A DNA stretch of 64,000 nt, from positions 9,899 to 73,898 of the IMG/VR virus record IMGVR_UViG_2974723488_000001; one strand, written 5' to 3'. This document shows positions 46,722 through 58,253 of the stretch, piece by piece. The DNA is from a virus (Duplodnaviria; Caudoviricetes). Both the position numbers and the translations under genes were made by a program. Position 1 is the first letter of the stretch; each line of letters starts with the position of its first letter. The notes under the pieces are model-generated. The model made no database searches. It was not told where the DNA came from and worked only from the letters and a program-made list of their open reading frames with translations.

Positions 46722-49001
46722 TCACATATTCATGCCAGGATTCAACGCAGGATCCTGTGCGGGGTTGAAGTATTGGGAACCAAGGTTAGCACTTCGGTCC
46801 CCATTCGCTGCTGCCTGATCACGAGCAATGGTGGTATTGCCAGCATTGCCACGAGTCAACTCATTGTATCCTACCGCAGCATCTATGTTGGGGGGAGTTT
46901 CACCCTCTTTTTGGGGCTTAAGCAGGGCATCCGTGACCTTGAGGTCTTGGTTCCCTTCAGCTTGAGCCTGTTGCTTTTGCATTTCGCGGGCATGCTTGGT
47001 GCCAGTTTCCTGCTCCAGATAATCCAGGTTCTTCAGATCGCCATTGGCAACAGCTTCACGGGCCTTGGCTTCGTTCAGCATGGCCTTGGTACGCATCTCG
47101 GCGATTTCCATTTCCAGCTTCTCGATCTCCAGTTCCTTGATCTTCTCGGCCAAGGGATCCGGCTTCGGCTCGAATCGCTTGATAGCGTGAGCCAGTTCAG
47201 GCATGCGCTTCAGCTTTGCGATCTCGGTCAGGATCATCTTGGTAATGCCGAAGTCCATGGTGTTCCCCAGAGTCTGGAGCATGAACGACAAATCACCAGC
47301 CTTCTGGTTATCCACTTCAGCAGTGGAGATGTCCACTTGAAGATCAAAGTTACCCTTCAGATCCTCACGCAAGACATGGACGAACTCTTCATTCGTCACC
47401 CGTACCACTTCCTTCTCGGACAAGAAGATCGCATTCATGGCGATGATCTTGGTGCCGACTTCCGTCATGCCCTTGGCGAGACGGCGAAGAATGGCCATCT
47501 CACGCTTGGAAGCAGCATCCAGAGCACCACGGATACCAGCAGCCACATCACCATAAGCTTCACCAGACACACCACCGGAGAACGACTTAACACCGGTGAG
47601 AGATTCAGCCTCTTGGTTCTGCATACCTGCCATTGCCAGCACAGACTGAGGCAGTTCCGGGAACTTGTGTTCGATGATCCCTTGGGCCGGATTCAGAGTC
47701 GGGTTGAATTCATAGTCACGGCCATCTTCATAGCGACGACGGTTGTATGCATCCAACATTCCCTTGGCGATACCCTGCTGACCGTTGGCCGAACGCCCCA
47801 TGAGGTCGATGGCACCACGGATGACGGCACCCAAAATCTTCTGGTTGTCTTCCAGGAGTTCAGCATCCGGCTCGCCGTAAAGCTCACGCTTCACAGGCAG
47901 GTACGGAACCACGACATACGGAAGCTTCTCATCCGGATACGGGTTCTTCTCCATGCGAACCAGGACGTTACCGATCCAGGTGGCCACGATAGGAGTCAGT
48001 TCACCGCTGCCGTCGATGTCGTAGTAGCCCCAGTATTCGTAGGCCACAACCTTCTTCCGTGCCTTGTCCCGGAATTGGAAGTCAGACGGGGTGCTCGAAG
48101 CGTGGTCCGGATCTTTGATGGGAGATGCATCTTCCCAGTTGATCAGGTCCAGGTTCTTGTAGCGATCCGGCTCTTTTTCCAGTTCAGCAAGGCAGGTCTC
48201 GAAGGACTCCACCGCATACATGGCCTTGTCGATATCACCTTCGCAGGACGGATCAATGACCACGTTCTGGGGATTCATCACTTTGACCGTCGGGTAGTTC
48301 TCGATGACCTTCTCGACTTCGATTTCTTCTTCGCCATCCAAGACAGCCACGACCAGTTCACCGGTCTCTTCGTAATGGGCCACTGCCTGCTTGAGTTCTT
48401 CCGGTGCTGCTTCCTCGAAAGCACGGATGTTCTCTTGCTTGGAGGCAATCACCTGTTGGAGTTGTTCTGCTTGTTCAGCAGTCTCCACGGGGAACAGAGC
48501 AAAGCGGGGAGCCTTCTCCTTGACCATGACGGTCTTACGCTTCCAGCCCACACGAAGCACGCAGGTGCCTTCATCCACCGTGGCACGAACGAAATCATCA
48601 ATCAGTTTGACCCGATTGAGCTTGGTTCGGAATTGCCAGTTCAGCAGCAGTTCATTCTGATCCGCTGCATCACGATCCTCAAACGTGACGGGGCTGACCT
48701 TGAACAGCTTGTCGGAACCAAGGAAAGGCTCCGTCAATGCCGAATACCGCCATTCCGCCTGACGACGAATCAGCTTGGGCTGGACACTGGAGCGGCCTTT
48801 GATGCGCGGAGGCTTGGCATTACCACGAACGAACATCTGGTTGTTCCAGTTGTCGATCTTGGCCATCTGAGCATCGTGCGTCTGCTTGGCTGCTTCCAGG
48901 TCATTCTTCAGAAGTTGCAGCGACGGCTCTTTCTTCCAGTCCGTCAGCTTGGCTGACTGGGCAGGATCGGGGGGCGGCTGCATCGAATCTTGATGTTCCA
49001 T
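46722..49001 (-). CDS. portal protein (gp59-like)
   Basis: 759 aa; [29 protein letters not shown]. Confidence 0.92.
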   Translation of the reverse strand: MEHQDSMQPPPDPAQSAKLTDWKKEPSLQLLKNDLEAAKQTHDAQMAKIDNWNNQMFVRGNAKPPRIKGRSSVQPKLIRRQAEWRYSALTEPFLGSDKLFKVSPVTFEDRDAADQNELLLNWQFRTKLNRVKLIDDFVRATVDEGTCVLRVGWKRKTVMVKEKAPRFALFPVETAEQAEQLQQVIASKQENIRAFEEAAPEELKQAVAHYEETGELVVAVLDGEEEIEVEKVIENYPTVKVMNPQNVVIDPSCEGDIDKAMYAVESFETCLAELEKEPDRYKNLDLINWEDASPIKDPDHASSTPSDFQFRDKARKKVVAYEYWGYYDIDGSGELTPIVATWIGNVLVRMEKNPYPDEKLPYVVVPYLPVKRELYGEPDAELLEDNQKILGAVIRGAIDLMGRSANGQQGIAKGMLDAYNRRRYEDGRDYEFNPTLNPAQGIIEHKFPELPQSVLAMAGMQNQEAESLTGVKSFSGGVSGEAYGDVAAGIRGALDAASKREMAILRRLAKGMTEVGTKIIAMNAIFLSEKEVVRVTNEEFVHVLREDLKGNFDLQVDISTAEVDNQKAGDLSFMLQTLGNTMDFGITKMILTEIAKLKRMPELAHAIKRFEPKPDPLAEKIKELEIEKLEMEIAEMRTKAMLNEAKAREAVANGDLKNLDYLEQETGTKHAREMQKQQAQAEGNQDLKVTDALLKPQKEGETPPNIDAAVGYNELTRGNAGNTTIARDQAAANGDRSANLGSQYFNPAQDPALNPGMNM

Positions 49002-49010
49002 GACTGGTTC

Positions 49011-49523
49011 CTAGTTGAATAGCTGACGATCAGCTTTGATCTGATCACCCAGCAATTTTAGTTGTTCGTCACGGAGTCTAACAGTTGCGCGGAGTTCTCC
49101 AACCAACTGTCGGCCTTCTTCAAGACTTCGGTCGAGTTTGGCTGCATGGCTTGCAAGACTTCGGCACTGAGCGGATCCGCTTTCGGCTTGACGTTGATAT
49201 ACGCTCGCTCGGGATTCGCTACGCTGCAACCTGTCAGCGTACTGGCCAGTAAGGCGAGCAAGCTCAACGCTGTGAGATGTTTGAGCATCACGTAGCTCCT
49301 GTTGAACGGACGAGAGTTGTTGACGATGTACTGCTTGAGCTTGCTCATTCTGATCACGGAGCTTGTTTATTTCTTGCAAGTCCTTGTTCTTCTGAGCATT
49401 CCATTGTTGTTGGATTTTGGCTTTGCCAGAACTGGAACCAAGGGAGTAAGTCCCCCACAGGACCAGGGCCGTAGCCCCGGCCACTGCTAGGAGCACCCAC
49501 CCTTTAGGGATTGGCGTCTTCAT
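49011..49523 (-). CDS. inner-membrane spanin (Rz-like)
   Basis: N-terminal TM segment plus long coiled coil; directly downstream of the endolysin. Confidence 0.85.
   Translation of the reverse strand: MKTPIPKGWVLLAVAGATALVLWGTYSLGSSSGKAKIQQQWNAQKNKDLQEINKLRDQNEQAQAVHRQQLSSVQQELRDAQTSHSVELARLTGQYADRLQRSESRASVYQRQAESGSAQCRSLASHAAKLDRSLEEGRQLVGELRATVRLRDEQLKLLGDQIKADRQLFN
49058..49288 (-). CDS. outer-membrane lipoprotein spanin (Rz1-like), embedded in Rz
   Basis: MLKHLTALSLLALLASTLTGC lipobox in another frame; AGGAG upstream. Confidence 0.85.
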   Translation of the reverse strand: MLKHLTALSLLALLASTLTGCSVANPERAYINVKPKADPLSAEVLQAMQPNSTEVLKKADSWLENSAQLLDSVTNN

Positions 49524-50121
49524 CGCAGGCTTCCAAGGGGACATTGCCCACTCGGTTGATGATCCAGCCAGGAGTGAACTCGTCCATATTGAGGGACAGA
49601 TAATGGGTGGTTTGCTTTCCATCCATCATCTTGATGACCATCTGACAAGCAACCACTGCTCCACGTTTCCGTTGGAGAGCTTGGTATGCCTGGATCGTCG
49701 CAGGACCGACTTTACCATCAGAGGTAATTTTGAGGTAGTCCTTGCCGTTCCGCGATACGGAGTTCAGCGCATCCTGGAACCACTTCGCGGAACGGGAAGT
49801 GCCGGTATTCACGCCAGCATCCACCAGCTTTTCAGCCACTGCCGGACTGATCATCAGCATCCGGTCAAAGCCGGGCTTCTGGATGTAGTCCTTGTAGTAG
49901 ATGGTCTTGGCCATGTCCTGAGTGAGATCACGCATCTTGCCGTTCCAACCCATGGACACCAGTTCTTGTCGGTGTTGCTGGGCGACAGCAGCAGTGACCC
50001 CGTGGTTGGTTTCACCGCCCGGATCCAGGGGATTGTTTACCCAGCCCCCCTCGACTGCAAAGATGGAACCAATGATGGCGGCTGCAATGCCACCGGCTCC
50101 CATTTTCTTGGACAGCTTCAT
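49504..50121 (-). CDS. endolysin, GH108 N-acetylmuramidase with putative SAR anchor
   Basis: Gly/Ala-rich N-terminal helix, EGGWVNNPLDPGGETNHGVT, DGKVGPAT, GWIINRV. Confidence 0.9.
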   Translation of the reverse strand: MKLSKKMGAGGIAAAIIGSIFAVEGGWVNNPLDPGGETNHGVTAAVAQQHRQELVSMGWNGKMRDLTQDMAKTIYYKDYIQKPGFDRMLMISPAVAEKLVDAGVNTGTSRSAKWFQDALNSVSRNGKDYLKITSDGKVGPATIQAYQALQRKRGAVVACQMVIKMMDGKQTTHYLSLNMDEFTPGWIINRVGNVPLEACDEDANP

Positions 50122-50381
50122 TTCTCTTTCCTTTTGAGTCGGAACAGTTTCACCAGCATTACGCTGGCCCAGATGCTGAGAGCGATCTTGGAACCGTAGG
50201 GAATCTTCTCCAGAAGATGACGAGGCACTGCAAAGAGTCCTTGCTGCAACACCTCGAAGACACCATAAAGAACGGCTCCCACGGAGCCGATCTGAGCGGT
50301 GTAACTCTTGAGTTTCTTCCGCCATTCGGGGATCGGCTCTACAGGGATGGGGATCTTCTTCCTTATCCTCCGGTGAACCAT
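50118..50381 (-). CDS. small membrane protein (holin/antiholin candidate, gp62-like)
   Basis: Two hydrophobic segments, basic termini; lies in the lysis cassette. Confidence 0.65.
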   Translation of the reverse strand: MVHRRIRKKIPIPVEPIPEWRKKLKSYTAQIGSVGAVLYGVFEVLQQGLFAVPRHLLEKIPYGSKIALSIWASVMLVKLFRLKRKEK

Positions 50382-50698
50382 GAGAAGAGTTCCTTCTTTG
50401 CGAAGATGATTGCGGACAGCAGGCCACCAGCGACAGCCCAGATCCACTTACCCATGAGTCCTGCCCCGACCACCTTGTGTTTGATGGTGATGAATTCTTC
50501 GATAGTCGGTGCCGATTTGGCGAGGCTGGACTCCACGTTACCCACACGGCCATTGAGCAACAGCATTCCCTGGCTCAAGGCTTGGAGTTCCTTATAGATG
50601 TCCCGTTTCGAGTTCCCTTCACGCTCAAGCATTTCAAAGATCGTCTTGAGACGTTCCTCCACTCGGGCGATCTGAACCTCTGCGGATTCGTTACTCAT
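50363..50698 (-). CDS. holin-like protein (gp63-like)
   Basis: Coiled-coil N-terminus and C-terminal TM; alternative start 50710. Confidence 0.7.
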   Translation of the reverse strand: MSNESAEVQIARVEERLKTIFEMLEREGNSKRDIYKELQALSQGMLLLNGRVGNVESSLAKSAPTIEEFITIKHKVVGAGLMGKWIWAVAGGLLSAIIFAKKELFSWFTGG

Positions 50699-50711
50699 TT
50701 GAGTTCCCATG

Positions 50712-50737
50712 AAAAAAGAGTCCGGTTTCCCGGACTC
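50712..50737 (-). terminator. Rho-independent terminator
   Basis: Minus strand GAGTCCGG-GAAA-CCGGACTC-TTTTTT. Confidence 0.85.
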
Positions 50738-50802
50738 CTTACATTCCCCTTACAGGGGGCCGGTAGCTACTAAGTGCTACCGAATCATAACCGACCTACC
50801 TG

Positions 50803-52059
50803 TCAGCATGCACACAGTTTGGGCTTGGCGTAGTAAACACCATCACGCATCACTTGAGTGTAAGACCAGGGGTAGATGATCTTGATTCCAGCTTCTTGAG
50901 CCAGTTCCCATGCTTTATCGGTGTTGCCCCAGATTCGCTTGGCATCTTCAGGAAGCAGCGTGAAGCCAATGAAGTAGTGGACAACTTCCAATGGATAACC
51001 CAGAAGCTCAGTTGCAGCCTTAAAAGTCTGAGGAACCAAGTCCAGACGGCCATCAATGATCCAGTCATAGTCCTCAATCTGCACGAACTCATAGTTCGGG
51101 TACACCCACTCTTCCATCGGAAAGTTCAGACGGAAAGTGAGATCAGATGCAGGAGACATCACCTGGGGACTGAAGAACAGCAGGGTAGCCTGAGCATTCG
51201 GGAATTCCTGCTTCACCTTGTCCCGGATGTAGTTTGTGGAATCACCAAGCTTTCCACGGAGCCAGTCCACGTAGGGCCACTGGTTATCAGCCACCGGGTC
51301 GAAGATCGACTTGATCATCGGCATCGGCACATCGTTGCCAGTCTCCTGTTTGTAGAGGTCCATGGTTCGCTGGTCATACATGCAGGGAGCATTCTTGCCT
51401 TCCCCGTTGTTGTACGAGCCATCCCACCACCAGGGTTCCCCGATCTGAAAGTACGGCACCATCCCCAGGTTCTCCACTTCCTTGAGGATTTGGATTTGCA
51501 CCTTGGCGATGTAATCCAGAGGTTCATAGTTCGCAGGCTGGATGAACGAAGACGGCGGATACCACCCCGACTGGGCAGGCAAGCCCAGCCAGTTCCGTTG
51601 CTTCCACTCTTCAGGCATGAAGAAGTCCAGGATTTCGTAGGCCACCGAATTGACGAACTTGAAGTTGCGTTCGTGCAACAGTCGAAGGAATCGACGGTAA
51701 AACTCCATGGTCGGCCAGTTTACCGGCTCGGTTTCATTGACCGGATCCACACCCAGACGACCGACGAATTCGTAGTCATCCCGGTTAGTGCTGATAGGAG
51801 ACACCAGAGGATACGGGCCAATCAAATCCAAGTAGTGCTGGGCCAAGTCTTTGCAGATCAATTGGCTGGCGGCCGGAGTGTAATGAATCTGGCCAATACC
51901 TTGCTCGAAGGTGTAGCTGTCCGGCCCGTACTGAACCGTATGGGCACCCAGAGTGACACCGGACATCTCAGCAACAAGCTCCGCCTGCATCTGGCGAATC
52001 ATGATCTGCTGTTCTTCCAATGCCGCTTCAGGCATCGGAACGATTGCATCTTGCGTCAT
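50803..52059 (-). CDS. tail protein (gp64-like, non-contractile sheath family)
   Basis: About 418 aa; [25 protein letters not shown]; alternative start 52077. Confidence 0.8.
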   Translation of the reverse strand: MTQDAIVPMPEAALEEQQIMIRQMQAELVAEMSGVTLGAHTVQYGPDSYTFEQGIGQIHYTPAASQLICKDLAQHYLDLIGPYPLVSPISTNRDDYEFVGRLGVDPVNETEPVNWPTMEFYRRFLRLLHERNFKFVNSVAYEILDFFMPEEWKQRNWLGLPAQSGWYPPSSFIQPANYEPLDYIAKVQIQILKEVENLGMVPYFQIGEPWWWDGSYNNGEGKNAPCMYDQRTMDLYKQETGNDVPMPMIKSIFDPVADNQWPYVDWLRGKLGDSTNYIRDKVKQEFPNAQATLLFFSPQVMSPASDLTFRLNFPMEEWVYPNYEFVQIEDYDWIIDGRLDLVPQTFKAATELLGYPLEVVHYFIGFTLLPEDAKRIWGNTDKAWELAQEAGIKIIYPWSYTQVMRDGVYYAKPKLCAC

Positions 52060-52066
52060 AGTAATA

Positions 52067-52090
52067 ACCGCCCCCATTGCTGAGGGCGGC
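52067..52090 (-). terminator. hairpin between sheath and gp64-like genes
   Basis: Minus strand CCGCCCTCA-GCAA-TGGGGGCGG then TTATT. Confidence 0.5.
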
Positions 52091-52096
52091 TCCTTT

Positions 52097-55000
52097 TTAT
52101 TCCGGAGTGGCGGTTGCCGAGAACTCCGATTTTACGTTGGACGCACCGTCAGAGCGACGGGGACGAACACGCCACATCACAAAGGTGGAGACGAAGCCGT
52201 ACAGCAACATCATCTCCGCAGCGGTGAACGTGGTGTACGGAACCGTGACCGTTTCGGAGCGAACTACCGAAGAATCATCGGCATTGAGGATTTCAACATC
52301 CCACTCTTCCGCATCCAATCGATCCCAGAACATCGTCACATCACCAGCAGTGTTGTGAGTAGCACGAGGATTGGTAGGAATCTGTGCCACTTCAGGTGCT
52401 GCATTCCACGTAGTGGGGTTACCAAGAGTCCCATCACTGATGAGGTGTTCCTCAGCAACGCACCACACAGTGCTGGCAGTGAAGCCATATGCAGCCACTT
52501 GCTGTTCACGAGTAAAGATCAAAGCATTCTCCGTACCAATGAAGTCAACGGACAACGGATTACCCGTTGCCATGTTCATATTGGTGATCTTCACATCACG
52601 GCCAGCCTTCTGAGGTGCATCCCACATGATCTTGATGTTGGAGTTGTTCGGGTCTTCCAAGAAGACAGCCTTCAATCCAGTCACCGGATCCATGGGATTC
52701 TGAGGCTGTTCAGGCTCTCCGTTGAACTCTGCACCAATGGAAGTCACATCCAATACCGGATCATATTCAGAGACACGGAACACTGCGAAGCCAGCACCAG
52801 TGGTGTTGTTGTAGTAAGCCCGTTGCTCTTCGATGGTCCAGACAATGGATTGAGTCGTCCACCTCTTGGCAAAGATTGCCTTCTTGGTATCGGCCGCATC
52901 CAGGTTCTCGATCCAGAAATCTTGATGAGAAGGACGTCCTTCCCATGCAAAGGTGATATCACCATTCATCGACTTCTTGGCCGTGACATTGGTAGGCGTC
53001 ACCAAGTGACTGCCGGTGATCACTTCAGCATTCCACGTAGCGGAGGCACCGACAGTCTGGGTTGCAGGCATGTACTCAGCCACCGAGAAGTCAATCATTA
53101 TGGTGTCTTGAGCATAGGCTTGCTGTTGTTCCTGCAACGCGAACGTCCACGTCGGGTCTTCCAGCACACCCTGGCTGATGACAGCACCGGTGTCCAGACG
53201 ACGGTTGACGTAGTACCAACCGAAGATACCCGGACGAGAATCCCAGGTGATCACAATGTCACGATTGGCCTTCTTCACCGGTCGGATACCAGTAGGCGGC
53301 TTCAGGAAAGTCCAGTCAGGCGGGTTGTAGGCACGGTTGATATCCAGAGCCAGTGCTTCACCCATCTCCGCAGCAGCGGCGTGGTACGTCTCCAACGTGT
53401 AGTGAATCCAGCCCACACCACGGTCCATTTCGTTGTAATAGGCCGTGTACAGATTAGAGCCAGGAACGTAAGAACCCATCTTGAAGCCAATGCCTTCCTT
53501 CGCCATGTCCGTTGCCAGATCACGCAGCAAGCGAGAGCCTTCAGCATTGGATTCCACGGGCGGAATTTCCGTACCCCAGAAGGAAGTCGTGGCACCTTGG
53601 AACCAGATCTCCAGATTCGGATTGCCCCAATTGGCTCGCATCCAGGCCAGCATTTCGATGTTGGACTGTCGCCATTGAGCCAGAATTGCAGGACGATCCT
53701 CTTCAGGAGCGTAGGCAATACCCGTCGATTCACCCGGACCAGATTCAATGAAGTAGTCTGGCACTTTGTCCGAAGCCTTGACAATGGCATCCGCCAGAAC
53801 CAAGGAAGGACCAGGAACCTTGTTCACAGGATCCCACCAGTTCAGTCCAGGAGGGAATCCAGGCTGATACGGCATCGGATTGATCGGGCTGGAGCCAACC
53901 ACGGTCATCACCGGAATCACCTGCACATCACGAAGTCCGGCCTTCTGAGCAAAGGTACGACGGAACGTCGAAGCTGCCACCAAGTCCTTGCGGCCTTCCT
54001 TGCCAGTGCCACCATGATCAGAAGGATCGGAAAGATCATTGAAGTAGCCGCCGATCAGCGAGTTGATACCGCAGATCACACGCTTCTTAACCAGACCAAC
54101 ATCATCCAGAGGAACGAAGTCTTCCCACGGATGAGCCTTGATCTCACGGCCTTGGTACAGAGTCGTCACACGCCAGCGCATGAATCCCCATGCCTGCTGA
54201 CTGCCCATGTATTCCAGCATGGGGGCAGTGTTCCGCTCCACAGAGAAGTCGGCATACACGTAGCCATCTTCCACCTGAGTACCAGGGATTTCCCAGGAAT
54301 AGGCGATCTCCTTCCGTTCCTTGGGATCGTAGATCTCCACCCGATAACGGCACAGAGCCGGGTCAATGCCATAGGACTTCCAGCGAAGTTCCACATCACC
54401 CCAGCTATTACGACGTGCCTTCAGGTACGTGGCAATGCCTTCACGAACAGGAATGTTCGGCTCTTCGGCATTGGGTACATTCCAGCCCCACCCTTCTTCT
54501 TGGATGATGATGGGCATGTTGGCTCCCCACAGGGAACGCATGTACTCGAACACCTTCTTGGTTGCCAGCTTGGTACGGGCAATGGAAGGTGCAGGGTTGC
54601 GATCACCGGGGAACTTCAGAGCCGAAGCGTCTTGACCACCTTGGCTCCAGAAGACAGCGTAGGGAATATCTTCCCCCACTTGCTCAATGCAATGCAGAAG
54701 AGCAGGGCCGGGCTTATCCGCTTCCAGATCCCACCACCACAAACCACCGGAACCGGAGGTTTGCAAGGGATCCCACTCTTCCGAATTCGGATTCACCGCG
54801 CACATTCGGTCTGCTGCCGTGGAACCAGTGGCACCATTGATCGGCTTCACACCTGCGTAGTTGATCCCCCAGGTTTCGGTCATCAGCTTCTGGAAAGCAT
54901 CCTGACCACGACCAGGATAAACACCTGCCACGAAGTGAATGGATGCATTGGACTGTCCGGCGAAGAGCACCGGGTATTCCAGCACCGTAGCATCCGTGAT

Positions 55001-56284
55001 CAGAGCCTTGGTGTTTTTATCCTCGAATGCCGTCAGCCCCTTCCAGTAGTGAGACATGCCGATATACGTGGTCCACCAGTCACGGTAGCCCAGGTCATGG
55101 GTCATCTTCACCTGACGTTCAGGAGTGAGGTTGTAGCCGTCATCGAAACCGGCAGTCATGCCCATGTTGGCCAGAGGTTGCACATGGTTCCGCTTACGCA
55201 GCACCTTCACACCGGAACCAGATACGGTCAGGTTGGCGAAGTATTTCGTGGCGTCCAGTTGCTTGATGGGGCCGGGCTTCTGAAGGTAGCGACCCAAGAA
55301 TGCGTCAGCCTGGATGAAGGTTCCACCCGCTTGACCTTTAGCAATCACGCTGAAATTGGACGTGCCAAAGCCCGTGAACGAGACAACCTCGAATTCACGT
55401 TCAATGACTTCTTCATAGCCACTCGGACCCCAGACACGGTAGATCACTTGCAGTGCATCACCCGGAGTCAGGGAAGCATTGGTGTGGATGCCGCCCACTT
55501 CAATGCGGACATGTTGATCATCATGTTGTTCAACCAGAGCGCAGAATGCCTTCCGACCCAGACCATGCTGGCTTTCCGTGCAGTCGAACGAAACCATCTT
55601 CACCTTGCGAGGATTGATCAGCGGACCAGTGTAGGTCTGCTTGGTGCGAAGATCACTGAAGTCCAGGATGAAGATGTAGTCCTTGCGCCCCCATGCAGGA
55701 GTGATTTGATCATCGGGAATGGTGAAGTCACCAGCCTCGAAGATGTCTTCCTGATAGGACTTCTTGGTTCCGTACTTCTTGTCCAGGTTCTCCCAACGAC
55801 GGTTCTTCGGATTGAAGACGTAGGGGGACAACCGATACGTGAAGGCTTGTTCCGGAGTCTCGATAGTGACCGTGAACTTATCCGGCTCATCGGGATTGTG
55901 TTGGAACGCCAGAACCAATCCCAGGTAGTTCTGGTTCTCTTCATAAGTGAAGAAGGGATGGCTGAACGTGTCCTTGCTCATCCAGCGAACACCCAGGAAG
56001 TCTTGGTTGGTTCGCCATTGAACAGGCACACGGAAAGATCGCTCACCTTCCGGCAGGATGGTAGCGACCATGTGGGCGTTGTAATCCACTACCCAGTAGT
56101 CGTTTTGGAAGCGACGAAGAGTGGAGTTGAACGCCCGGAGACGTCGGGGATTGGCCAGCATGAGATGGACACGTTCATCTTCCAGAGAGGGCAGGTGTTC
56201 CAGCCCGGAAGTGTGCCAGTCAGCCGGATCCCATTTCGGGGGGACTGAGCAGTCCTTGCCCTTGCGGTAATCGTCGATGGACAT
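52097..56284 (-). CDS. non-contractile tail sheath / receptor-binding protein (gp65-like)
   Basis: 1395 aa from MSIDDYR; [23 protein letters not shown]-like GQSNA, C-terminal FnIII-like repeats. Confidence 0.82.
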   Translation of the reverse strand: MSIDDYRKGKDCSVPPKWDPADWHTSGLEHLPSLEDERVHLMLANPRRLRAFNSTLRRFQNDYWVVDYNAHMVATILPEGERSFRVPVQWRTNQDFLGVRWMSKDTFSHPFFTYEENQNYLGLVLAFQHNPDEPDKFTVTIETPEQAFTYRLSPYVFNPKNRRWENLDKKYGTKKSYQEDIFEAGDFTIPDDQITPAWGRKDYIFILDFSDLRTKQTYTGPLINPRKVKMVSFDCTESQHGLGRKAFCALVEQHDDQHVRIEVGGIHTNASLTPGDALQVIYRVWGPSGYEEVIEREFEVVSFTGFGTSNFSVIAKGQAGGTFIQADAFLGRYLQKPGPIKQLDATKYFANLTVSGSGVKVLRKRNHVQPLANMGMTAGFDDGYNLTPERQVKMTHDLGYRDWWTTYIGMSHYWKGLTAFEDKNTKALITDATVLEYPVLFAGQSNASIHFVAGVYPGRGQDAFQKLMTETWGINYAGVKPINGATGSTAADRMCAVNPNSEEWDPLQTSGSGGLWWWDLEADKPGPALLHCIEQVGEDIPYAVFWSQGGQDASALKFPGDRNPAPSIARTKLATKKVFEYMRSLWGANMPIIIQEEGWGWNVPNAEEPNIPVREGIATYLKARRNSWGDVELRWKSYGIDPALCRYRVEIYDPKERKEIAYSWEIPGTQVEDGYVYADFSVERNTAPMLEYMGSQQAWGFMRWRVTTLYQGREIKAHPWEDFVPLDDVGLVKKRVICGINSLIGGYFNDLSDPSDHGGTGKEGRKDLVAASTFRRTFAQKAGLRDVQVIPVMTVVGSSPINPMPYQPGFPPGLNWWDPVNKVPGPSLVLADAIVKASDKVPDYFIESGPGESTGIAYAPEEDRPAILAQWRQSNIEMLAWMRANWGNPNLEIWFQGATTSFWGTEIPPVESNAEGSRLLRDLATDMAKEGIGFKMGSYVPGSNLYTAYYNEMDRGVGWIHYTLETYHAAAAEMGEALALDINRAYNPPDWTFLKPPTGIRPVKKANRDIVITWDSRPGIFGWYYVNRRLDTGAVISQGVLEDPTWTFALQEQQQAYAQDTIMIDFSVAEYMPATQTVGASATWNAEVITGSHLVTPTNVTAKKSMNGDITFAWEGRPSHQDFWIENLDAADTKKAIFAKRWTTQSIVWTIEEQRAYYNNTTGAGFAVFRVSEYDPVLDVTSIGAEFNGEPEQPQNPMDPVTGLKAVFLEDPNNSNIKIMWDAPQKAGRDVKITNMNMATGNPLSVDFIGTENALIFTREQQVAAYGFTASTVWCVAEEHLISDGTLGNPTTWNAAPEVAQIPTNPRATHNTAGDVTMFWDRLDAEEWDVEILNADDSSVVRSETVTVPYTTFTAAEMMLLYGFVSTFVMWRVRPRRSDGASNVKSEFSATATPE

Positions 56285-56296
56285 GGGTTGTCTCTC

Positions 56297-56324
56297 AAAA
56301 GAAAGGGGGAGGTTTCCCTCCCCC
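56297..56324 (-). terminator. Rho-independent terminator
   Basis: Minus strand GGGGAGG-GAAA-CCTCCCC-CTTTCTTTT. Confidence 0.8.
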
Positions 56325-56345
56325 AGTTTACCGGGAAGTTGTTGC

Positions 56346-57533
56346 TTAATACTCCAGCCACTGATGAACCGTGTCAGCATTGGAGGAAATGAAGCGGAAT
56401 TCCCACTGCGGCGGAACCACGAAGCTTTCCCCGATGACACCACCGACAGCCATACTGGGAGTGTTCTGAGCCATGATGGTGAACGGATCGGTTTGAGTAT
56501 CGTCTTTGCGGATGTCTGCCACCAGACGAACAGTTCCGGCAGTGGTGCAGGTGACCGTGACGAATACCATGATCGGGTGGTCCGTATCATTCTTGTACCA
56601 GGTATTCACCAAGCGGGTTGCCTTCTTGTCCACCGGATCACCGTTGACACCCCAGACAATGGTCTTATTCGCTTTCGGCGACAGCCCGTTGGTCAAGTCA
56701 GTCTTCGTCGGATACTTGGCATCCGATTCGGACTTGGTGTAGGAAGCACCGGTTGCCGCCTTACCATCCACATCTGCACGCAAGGTGCGAAGAGTAGCCC
56801 CCACAGTCGATGCCGGTCCGGTAGCCGGAGTGTGGCCGATACTGTTGGAACCGGTGGCTCCCTTAAACGTGGCGATGTCCTGCAATGCCGAATTCAGATT
56901 GGCATTGATGTTCACCAGATCGGGCAGCTTGGCATACACGGCCAGAATTTCAGCCATGTTGTCCGAAACATTCTTCACCTGAACCATGTTGGTGGAGACA
57001 TTACGAACATCCACCATATTGTCCGACACGTTCTTGATCGGCGTGGTGTTGTTGTTGACGTTCAGAATAGCTGCCATATTGGCATCCAGATTCTTCACGG
57101 CATTGATGTTCGTAGCCACCGCCAGGATCGAAGCGATCTCCGTACTGACCGTCTTGATCGAAGTCAGGTTATCCACGATCACCTGAATGTTGTCCAGGTT
57201 GTCGTAGACAGCCAGCAACTGCGGCAGATTGGTGCTGATGGCCAGCAGCTCGTTCAGATGGTCGTACAACTGCATGAGTTGTGCCAGCTTCTCGCGCAGA
57301 GCCAGCAGTTCCGGAAGCTTATCTTCCAGTGCCTTAAGCTGATCCAGCGCAGTGGCAATGGCGATCACATGATCAATGTTGTCACTGACCGTCTTGATGA
57401 ACGGCATACGCATGGCGACGAATTTCACCACGTAGTAAGCATTGCCGATCAGCTTATCCACGATGGGGTCATTCAGGTCGCCGCAGCAGTTCCCGATACC
57501 GGGATTCGTGCCGAAGGCGTTGTGAGTGTTCAT
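56346..57533 (-). CDS. appendage/tail fibre protein (gp66-like)
   Basis: [14 protein letters not shown]-terminus, ~10-aa tandem repeats, [11 protein letters not shown]...VVPP C-terminal domain. Confidence 0.78.
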   Translation of the reverse strand: MNTHNAFGTNPGIGNCCGDLNDPIVDKLIGNAYYVVKFVAMRMPFIKTVSDNIDHVIAIATALDQLKALEDKLPELLALREKLAQLMQLYDHLNELLAISTNLPQLLAVYDNLDNIQVIVDNLTSIKTVSTEIASILAVATNINAVKNLDANMAAILNVNNNTTPIKNVSDNMVDVRNVSTNMVQVKNVSDNMAEILAVYAKLPDLVNINANLNSALQDIATFKGATGSNSIGHTPATGPASTVGATLRTLRADVDGKAATGASYTKSESDAKYPTKTDLTNGLSPKANKTIVWGVNGDPVDKKATRLVNTWYKNDTDHPIMVFVTVTCTTAGTVRLVADIRKDDTQTDPFTIMAQNTPSMAVGGVIGESFVVPPQWEFRFISSNADTVHQWLEY

Positions 57534-57535
57534 GG

Positions 57536-58246
57536 TTAAATCCATCCTCGTTTTTGAAAGCGGGAACCAGTGTAGGAATAGCTCGTGCTCAGGAGATCCT
57601 GGGACACGACCTCGTTGCACACCGAATCATAATGCCCCAGCATTTCCTGGGCAGATGCCTTGGACTCTGCGGTATTGATGCCGGAGTACAGACGGAATGC
57701 CACGTAGGAATCCAGGGCAGAGTCCAGGACTTCCGGAATGTCGATGATGCCATCGTCATTGGCGTCCTCAGCGCAAGACAGGCGAACATGGTTCGCTTGG
57801 TACAAGACGCTGATGGCCTCGTTATTACGAGGACTCGGGTTCTGCAAGTAGTTGGGACGAGGTGAGAAGAGGGACCGGCAGTCGTCCGGATCGTTCAGAG
57901 CACGCTTGCATCCGTTCGAGTCGTAGACAGACAGGATCTTGATCACGTCGTCGTTGAAGGGTTCTCCAGCCAGATCCATGATGTACGGGCAAATGCCGGA
58001 CGCAGGGTCATAGCTGGAGACGGCGTATTTCTTGAGCAGCGGGTAGGTCGTTCGACCTTCCTGCATCTCGACGATGACCGTGTTTTCCTTGAGGATGAAG
58101 CGGCTATGCAGCCGCGTCAGAGCCTCGTTGATGGCAATCACCACCTTGGTTTTCTGGTCCTCGTCGATCTCTCCGCCTTCAGCCAGGGACAGGTTTTGCA
58201 ACGTCCCGTTGGCCAGTCGGCAGAACAGTTCTTCAAGGTAGATCAT
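57536..58246 (-). CDS. head-tail adaptor (gp67-like)
   Basis: 236 aa; [12 protein letters not shown], ends RFQKRGWI. Confidence 0.82.
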   Translation of the reverse strand: MIYLEELFCRLANGTLQNLSLAEGGEIDEDQKTKVVIAINEALTRLHSRFILKENTVIVEMQEGRTTYPLLKKYAVSSYDPASGICPYIMDLAGEPFNDDVIKILSVYDSNGCKRALNDPDDCRSLFSPRPNYLQNPSPRNNEAISVLYQANHVRLSCAEDANDDGIIDIPEVLDSALDSYVAFRLYSGINTAESKASAQEMLGHYDSVCNEVVSQDLLSTSYSYTGSRFQKRGWI

Positions 58247-58253
58247 GGATTCC

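Noticed and set aside
44021-57539. Long + strand ORFs (915, 747, 409, 1431 and 420 aa) opposite structural genes
   Set aside because: Same antisense shadow effect.
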